Positions 56,806-64,000 of a stretch of DNA of 64,000 nt are shown in pieces (position 1 is the first letter of the stretch; every line of letters starts with the position of its first letter). This DNA comes from Selaginella moellendorffii (taxonomy: Eukaryota > Plantae > Lycopodiophyta): the NCBI RefSeq assembly GCF_000143415.4, contig NW_003314268.1, positions 3,232,559-3,296,558 of the forward strand, given 5' to 3'. The position numbers were made by a program, and so were the translations under genes. A model generated the notes under the pieces. The model was given only the letters and a program-made list of their open reading frames with translations, was not told the DNA's origin and searched no databases.

Positions 56806-59545
56806 ATGGAAGAGAAAACGGGCTATGCAGGACGCAACAGACTCATCTATTACAAGCAAGCGAGGGTGTATGTTCCAGAAGGGGAACTAAGGAAGGTGGC
56901 CTTAGAAGAGTGTCATGACGGACCTCTTGCGGGACATGGCGGAGTGCCCAAGACGATGGGCTTACTCAAGAGGAAGTACCATTGGCCAGATATGGCTAAG
57001 GACGTCCAAGACTATGTAAAGACATGTCCAACATGTCAGCAGGTAAAAGCCGTGACTAAGGCTAGTGGGGGCTTGTTGCAAAGCATCCCCATTCCAGATC
57101 GTCCGTGGAAATGTCTTACGATGGACTTCATCACGGGACTCCCCCCAAGCGAGGGGTTTGATGCAATATTCGTGGTGGTGGACCGATTTTCGAAAATGGC
57201 ACATTTCATACCCACCACAACGGAGGTGGATGCGGAAGGTGTGGCAAAGCTATTCTTCGAACAAGTGGTTCGAGTGCGGGGAAGTCATTAATGGGCGAGC
57301 TATTGAAGGTCCTGTGGAACTCAGCATAGCCGAGTATCATGGAGAGTTGCCCGCAGTGGAGGCATTCACGGTGGAAAGACTTAGCATTTGGAATCTAGTG
57401 AGGGATTCCTTGGAACGGGCTCAACAAAGGCAAACCAAATACGCGAACCAGAAGCGTCGGGATGTAGAGTTCCAAGCTGGGGAGAAGGTGTGGCTGAACA
57501 CCAAGAACCTCAGACTACCAAGTGGGATCAGCCGAAAGTTGACCCAAAGGTAAAGATGCATGTATTCCTGTAAATGAATTGATCTTGAGTTCCTTAAGCA
57601 GGTTTGCGGGGCCTTACGAGATTGAGGCACGAATCGGTAAAGTGGCTTACCGACTCCGACTTCCTTGAGAGATGGGGAAGATGCACCCAGTGTTCCACGT
57701 GAACTTACTCAAGCCGTACTTTGAGGATCCGCTTCGCAAGGACCAAGTGAGACCTTTACCTGAGGTTATCCAAGGGGAAGAGGAATAGGAAGTCGAGACC
57801 ATCCTCAATGTGCGTAAGAGCAAGCGACAAGGACGCGAGGTGAGAGAGTTCCATGTGAAGTGGAAAGGATTTCCACACTGCGAAGCAACATGGGAACCGG
57901 AGGAGAACCTAGCGAACGCACGAGATCTAGTGGAGGAATTTCTGCAAGGCAGAACTCTATGTACTTATGCAAAATTCAATTAAAAATATCAATTTGCAAA
58001 GTTGAGCAAGTGGCATATGTTGGGACCCGAAGGCGTGCCGAAGGTAAGCTAATTAGCATGGGTTGGATAGGTCGACCAGGCGTAGGGCACTACGCCCGAC
58101 TCCCCGCGGGGATGTCGAATCCGTAGATGTATTCTACGGAGGTTGGGTTCGAGTCTCAACCCCCTAGTAAAGCAAGGTTGGGTTCAAGTCCCAACCCCAT
58201 ACTAGGGCGTGGTGAGGTGAGGGGTATAGGGACACCTATATTCCGTTGTCATGGGCTCTTGGCCGGGGAGGCTAACTTAGGCACACCGCTAAGTGGGGGG
58301 ATGCCCCCGGAGACATGGTCAACAAGTCGTAGGATAAAACGAGACGTTCGATGTGGGCATCGAATTTCTTCTATGGGTGGTGGAGTTGTAAGGAACCAAC
58401 TCGCCGAGGTGTCATAGGATAAAAGAACCCCAAAAGCATGACCAAAATGACAAAGAGTTCATCGGATGGGACCAAGTCGAAGATCGAGTCCAAGACCGAC
58501 TCTAGGACCGAGTTCGAGATAGAGTCCGGAATCGAGTCCGAGACCGACTCGGGGACCGAGTTCGAGTCTGAGTTCAAGACCGAGTTTGAGACGGAGTCCG
58601 AGATCCGAAATCGGGTCCGAGACCGAGTCCGAGGTCGAGTCCGAGGTCGAGTCTGAGATCGGGTCTGAGATCAAGTCCGAGATCGAGTCCGAGACCGAAT
58701 CCGAAGTCGGATCCGAAATCGGGTCCGAGATCGAGCCAGAGACTAAGTCCAAATACTAATACGGGTCAAGGGGTGAAAGCCCAAAGCGTGCGTCTCCCAG
58801 GGAGGGGGGGCTGCAGGGGGTTCCAAAAGTATAGTAGGGATAGTGAGGTCCAGGAACCAGTCTTGAAGGAACTCTCCAGTGGTGCTTCCAAACTGACTTG
58901 AGGTTGAGATTGGGGCCGAGGGGCCGTGGGTGGGAGTGAGCATGGGCTTGAGTGGTGCCAGAGGGGCCACCCAGGGAAGTGCTCAAGAGCAGCTCCCACT
59001 CCCAAAAGGGAAACCGACTGCAGTGCTCCCGGCTCATGTGGAGTGGTGCCCCACTTGAGTACCTTGTGGCTCATTGGTCCTCGCCCTTCCTAGGGGCTTG
59101 GGCCTTTCCTTCGGGATGGAAGTGGGGGGGTAGAGGTACCCATACCAGGCCGTTAGGCTACGGTGTTTCGCCCCGACGTCCCAAAGCAAGTGCTGCACCC
59201 AAGGCTTGGGATTTAGAGGGTCCCATGATCAAGTCTTGTGGTACCAAGGGGTGGTAGGAATCTGAAGGCTTGGTGTGCTTGGCTGCTTGTGCCTGCGGGG
59301 AGTGTAGTCGAACCTTAAGTCCAGTCTAACCCGGGGAGGGGGATTGGGAGAGATTTGGGAATCCGTAGATGGATGGCTAACACTTCGTTGCTCGTGTAGT
59401 GAGTAGCTGAAACCAAGTAGGACCAAGTAGGAGCTGGTACCATAGGCGAGAACCTTGGTGAGGGAACTTAGCACAGGCCAAGGCAGAGTTGGTCGGATAG
59501 ACGAGGTAAGTTGGCAAATTGGAAAGGAAAAATTTGTGGCTTACA
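56806..59545 (+). mobile_element. Chromovirus (Ty3/gypsy) 3' part: integrase, chromodomain and LTR
   Basis: HHCC zinc finger CHD..AGH...CPTCQ, MDFITGLP, deleted DDE core, GPY motif, chromodomain VKWKGFPHCEATWEPEENL; LTR ends GCTTACA at 59545. Confidence 0.9.
58475..58745. repeat. Degenerate 6/12-bp minisatellite (GAGTCC/GAGATC/GAGACC) within the LTR
   Basis: Directly visible; reverse-complement copy at ~63760-64000. Confidence 0.9.
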
Positions 59546-59559
59546 TTATGTTTTATCCC

Positions 59560-60190
59560 TCACTATGACATGGAAAATGCTTGCATAAAATTTTAACATT
59601 TTCAGTAAAGGAAAATGACACTCAGGGACTATATTGAGAAACTTACTCGCTTGATTAATTGGGTTCTCACAAAAGATCCAGATTAGAACAAATCCTACTT
59701 TATTTATGGCTTTTATAATGAGAGCCCATTGCACTGCCACTCCACTATAAGCTTTAAGGTAGGTTAAGTTCCTTATTGTAACATGCCTTAATAGAGCTTC
59801 CCTTTGACCAATGTTGACCATATGGTCAAAGCTGATACTTAATAATTCTTTCCCCCCTAACAAAGTCCTTATCCCAAGGACTAGTTGTACCAGTAATCAT
59901 CTTTTCTAGGGAACCCTACTCAAGCTCTTGATCCATCTTCCACAGCCATATACATTAAGGGTGCATTGGGTTTTTCATTTCGAGATAGTACACCTTTCAA
60001 CTGGCTGACATAAAATACCAGATAAATTTTCACCTTAATTGGCAGTCGCACTTGATAAGTTGCCTTACCAATGCACTCCAGTACTTCATATGAACCAGTA
60101 TACCAATGAGAAAGTTTATCACTCTTCCCATTCTGCAAAGGCACTAAGGTGTTATATTGCTCATTTGACAGAAAGATCACTTGCATGAAA
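59560..60190 (-). mobile_element. Old gypsy integrase C-terminal remnant
   Basis: KLSHWYTGSYEVLECIGKATYQVRLP...VFYVSQLK. Confidence 0.7.
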
Positions 60191-60239
60191 ACAATTTAGA
60201 AGAGTTCTTTGACATGGCTCAAGTCTCATAAGCATTCAA

Positions 60240-63200
60240 GGAGTCCTTCTGTCGAGAATTGTTGTGATAATCATTGTGGACACAAGGATGAAAACAAGTA
60301 TCACTAACTGAAGTCTGTGGTGGCTACCTCATATGCAAAAGGGTCAAAGAAGTAGAAGTTCTTTATGAAAAATTATAGATAGGGTTGTCATCATTGTAGC
60401 AAGCTTGGACACTACAAGGCTAATTATCCATAGTTGAAGAACAAGCAGTAGAGCTTAAAGAATGGCTACTCTTCTATTGATGGTAAATCAAATATTAAAA
60501 AGTTGCAAACTTTGCAGTATAAGGATGACAGAGATGACCATTCTAGTCGGAGGAAGAGGCTTTCAATCCTTGCTTGTCAACTCAATTATGTGTGGAATAA
60601 GATAGAGTTTGAGGACACTCATGAATTAGATTTAATGCTGGAGGGCATGTTCTGTGGTGGTCTAGTGTAGATTTTACTGGATAGTAGGAGTGATGACAAC
60701 TTTGTTTCAGCAAAGTTTGTTGAGAAGTATAGTCTGGTGACACAAGGAGTTCTTCCATATATGATGAAAAGTGTTGCTATGTCTGCTCAGCATTTCAATG
60801 CTTGTGTAGAGGAGTTGGAAGTGTTAGTTGGCAAAACTACACTTGTGGAGACTTTTTATCTCGGAGATATCCATCATATGAATTTCATTCTTGGGATGCC
60901 ATGGTTTATGAAGGTGGATTTGGAGATAAAGTAGAGTATTAAGCATGTCTCACTAAAGTATGGTGGCATTAAAAATGTGTGGTTTGGAGAGGGAGTTCAA
61001 CCTCCAAATCCCTTTTATGAATGTATTGATTAGTGATTAGTTGTTATAATCTCTACTACATCTTTGAAGCAGGCTTGGAAAAACACTTTCAAGTTACTTA
61101 TTGTTTGTTTATGGCTTAGGGGACCAAAGCACATGTGGGGGAGAAGTAGTAATATAGGATGTATTTGATGAGTTTTCTAATGTTTTTCCGTTTAAACATC
61201 CTAGGTTACCTCCATTATAAGGTGTGGAGCATGGGATTATATTGGAGTCAGGGACATGACCAATTTACCGGTATCCATTTGAGTTATATAGAGGAGTAAG
61301 AAGTTTAATAATAAGTCAAGAAGTTACTTGAGTTTGGATTTATTCAGCTAAGTAAATCTTTGTTTGGTGCTCTGATCTTGCTTCTGAAGAAGAAGGATGG
61401 TTCAATGTGAATATGTATTAATTACTGTGCCTTGAACAAGAAGACAATGAAGGATAAGATGCTAATGCCACATGTGGATGATATCATAGAAAAACTTGGT
61501 GAAGCACGAGTATTTACCAAGATTGATTTGAGGAGTGGATATCATTAAATTGTAATAGATGATCCATCTATCTCCAAGACAACATTCAACACAAGCTTTG
61601 GGCATTTTGAGTTTACAATTATGCAATTTAGTTTCACAAATGCACCAGCTACAATTACTCGGTTGACAACAGAAGTATGTGGGCATTATCTTTATAAGTT
61701 TATGAAGATTTTTTTGATGATATTCTTGTTTTCAGCAAAAATATAGAGGAGCATAATGTGCATTTGCACAAAGTTCTTTTGTTACTACATTATAGTTGTA
61801 GCGTACCTGAATTTGGAGATAAACTCCAAGCCTATTGCACTATGAAACCCGGTACAATCCCACGAGCACCAGCTCCCCGTACCTAGCATCTACACATAAA
61901 ATGGTGTCAGACGGAGTCTGGCACAATTTTGGCATACCAATGGCCTAACGTGAGGAGAAGGGTACCTCACCGACTAGAGCAGTGTGAAGCTTGGGCTTAA
62001 ACCCAAGTCGGATGCAGAACAAGGAGTAACACAACATAATAGGAGCTAAACTAATGTCTCAAGTGGTCGAACATGCATTCCAACCACTATCCCTACTATA
62101 TATTTAGAATCCCCCATAACCCCCCCTCCCCCCCCCTCCTTAAGGAACATATACTTTGGGCTTTCACCCCAAGCCTCCCTTAATATTAGGAGTTAGTCTC
62201 TAGGACAAACTTGAAACTTATTAAATATGGAATGTCTCTAGATTGTGAATTTGGACACATGACGAACACCATTGTGTTTAAACTAATCTCTACATTCTAT
62301 AAATATGCCAAATGAGAAAATCTAGACACTTTTCATAAATAGCATTTAGGACCAAAATGAGACTAGCATAAAAAGCATGATAGCAAGGGTGTTTAGCAAA
62401 CATGGTAAATTATCATTTGACGATATTAAGGGACTAGTCTCAATACGCAAGGGTTTTTGCCAAGCTAGTGCAAGACAAAACAAAAGAGAATTAACAAGCT
62501 GGGCCAAATAAATTTATACTTTGGCTAAATAAACACTTAGGAATTCCTTCCTTATGCTCATCCAACCAAGTATAGATGCTAAGTCTAATTTACTAACACT
62601 TAGACAAGAGGAGCTAATAAAGGGAACCAATAGTATTGACCTCCTGCTGTCGTGGCAGTAAGAAAAGAGTGTCCATAAGGACTAGTTGACAAGTATCTTT
62701 CGATAACCAAAGTCACATTCACGACAATAGTAAACTTTATGCCAAGAGGAGGAAATGTGAATTTGCAATATTAAAGATGGAATATCTAGGCCATATTGTA
62801 ATATTTAAGGGTGTCAAGATGGATCTAAAGAAGGTATTTATGGTGGAGAACTAGCCTACACCAACTTTAGTGGCCAAATTATGTAGCTTCCTTGGTATAG
62901 CTAGTTACTAAGAATGTTTCTAGTACAAGTTTGCGGAGATAGCTATTCGTTTGATATAATTATTGCAAAAAAATGTACCATTTGAGTGGAAAAAGCCATA
63001 TAAAGAGAGTTTTGTGGCATTGAAATAGTTATTGAGCATAGCTCCAATGCTTCGCATTGCTAATCCATCAAAACTTTATAAGGTGACATGTGATGTGAGT
63101 GGTTATGCATTGAGTTCTTATGCAAGAGGGATAACTTATTGTATATAAGAGTTGAACTTTGAATTCTGTAGAACAACACTATTCCACATATGAGCAAGAG

Positions 63201-63257
63201 TTACTCTCCATTGTTCATGCTTTGCGGACGTGGCAACACTATCTTTTATGGTGCAGT
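60240..63257 (+). mobile_element. Old Ty3/gypsy gag-pol remnant (zinc knuckle, protease, RT, RNase H)
   Basis: CHHCSKLGH, ILLDS, FILGMPW, KKKDGSM, FTKIDLRSGYH, FDDILVFS, KLYAKRRKCEF, TCDVSGYA, YSTYEQELL...W.HYL. Confidence 0.88.
61797..62726. mobile_element. Solo LTR inserted in the RT remnant
   Basis: TG...CA ends; perfect 5-bp TSD ATAGT (61792-61796, 62727-62731); the RT sequence resumes after it. Confidence 0.85.
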
Positions 63258-63398
63258 TGTAAGCAACCAAAGGGAACGACTCGAGAGACAATCCGTTGGG
63301 GTTCAAATATAGAGGGAAAAGGCCCATGAATAAGAGTGCACCCCCTTTTCCAATCGGTTAAGGGTCTTGGGATATTTGGAGTTAAGCGTCCTTGGGTT
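63258..63398 (+). mobile_element. Inverted partial Cassandra LTR (other end of the 56250 insertion)
   Basis: Reverse complement of LTR positions ~55-195; flank GCAGT is the reverse complement of ACTGC at 56245-56249. Confidence 0.9.
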
Positions 63399-64000
63399 CC
63401 AAGCCCCTAGGAAGGGCGAAGACCAATGAGCCACAAGGTACTCAAGTGGGGCACCACTCCACATGAGCCGGGAGCACCGCAGTCGGTTTCCCTTTCGGGA
63501 GTGGGAGCTGCTCTTGAGCACTTCCCTGGGTGGCCCCTCCGGCACTACTCAAGCCCATGCTCACTCCCACCCAAGGCCCCTCGGCCCCAGTCTCAACCTC
63601 AAGTCAGTTTGAAAACACCACTGGAGAGTTCCTTCAAGACTGGTTCCTGGACCTCACTATCCCTACTATACTTTTGGAACCCCCTGCAGCCCCCCCCCCC
63701 CCTGGGAGACGCACGCTTTGGGCTTTCACCCCTTGACCCGTATTAGTATTTGGACTTAGTCTCTGGCTCGATCTTGGACCCGATTTCGGATCCAACTTCG
63801 GATTCGGTCTCGGACTCGATCTCAGACCTGATCTCGGACCCGACCTCGGACTCGACCTTGGACTCGGTCTCGGACCCGATTTCGGATCTCGGACTCCGTC
63901 TCGAACTTGGTCTCGAACTTAGACTCGAACTCGGTCCCCGAGTCGGTCTCGGACTCGATTCCGGACTCTATCTCGAACTCAGTCCTAGAGTCGGTCTTGG
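63399..64000 (-). mobile_element. Second copy of the chromovirus LTR, inverted, running off the window
   Basis: Reverse complement of ~58490-59101 with scattered substitutions. Confidence 0.9.

Noticed and set aside
57961-58001. Second intron-like AT-rich GT..AG stretch after the chromodomain
   Set aside because: No reading frame or motif is restored by removing it; more likely filler at a deletion that removed the PPT
58371-58752. Ser/Asp/Glu-rich ORFs, or a CRISPR-like array
   Set aside because: Translation of an LTR minisatellite; no unique spacers, eukaryotic context

Overview
Compact land-plant genomic DNA. The short 50-60 bp introns, head-to-head genes and gene content suggest a lycophyte such as Selaginella (inference, not verified). 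A gene-dense core (~10.8-53.7 kb) lies between two transposon-rich flanks. Left flank (1-10.6 kb): TRIM/LTR remnants and a decayed RepHel Helitron that is split by an LTR element and carries a captured violaxanthin de-epoxidase exon between two 3' termini. Core, in order: class 3 lipase, PDF1B head-to-head with intronless SmE, CYP703-like P450, two tandem histidine-phosphatase (PGM-like) genes, a Crinkler-type P-loop NTPase + restriction-endonuclease-fold gene, strictosidine-synthase-like, NECAP, extensin, tRNA-Ser(AGA), an intronless Ser/Thr kinase, DUF1640, TOL (VHS-GAT), DWF1-like, CBS/DUF21, an eroded local duplication, F-box, VPS15 and an NLR remnant. Right flank (54-64 kb): nested Ty3/gypsy debris containing a 5S-rRNA-bearing Cassandra-type TRIM, a ~6.6 kb inversion that can be reconstructed from a split target-site duplication, and a chromovirus integrase carrying a 52-bp GT-AG intron-like insertion. 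Family assignments come from motif recognition only; no searches were run.
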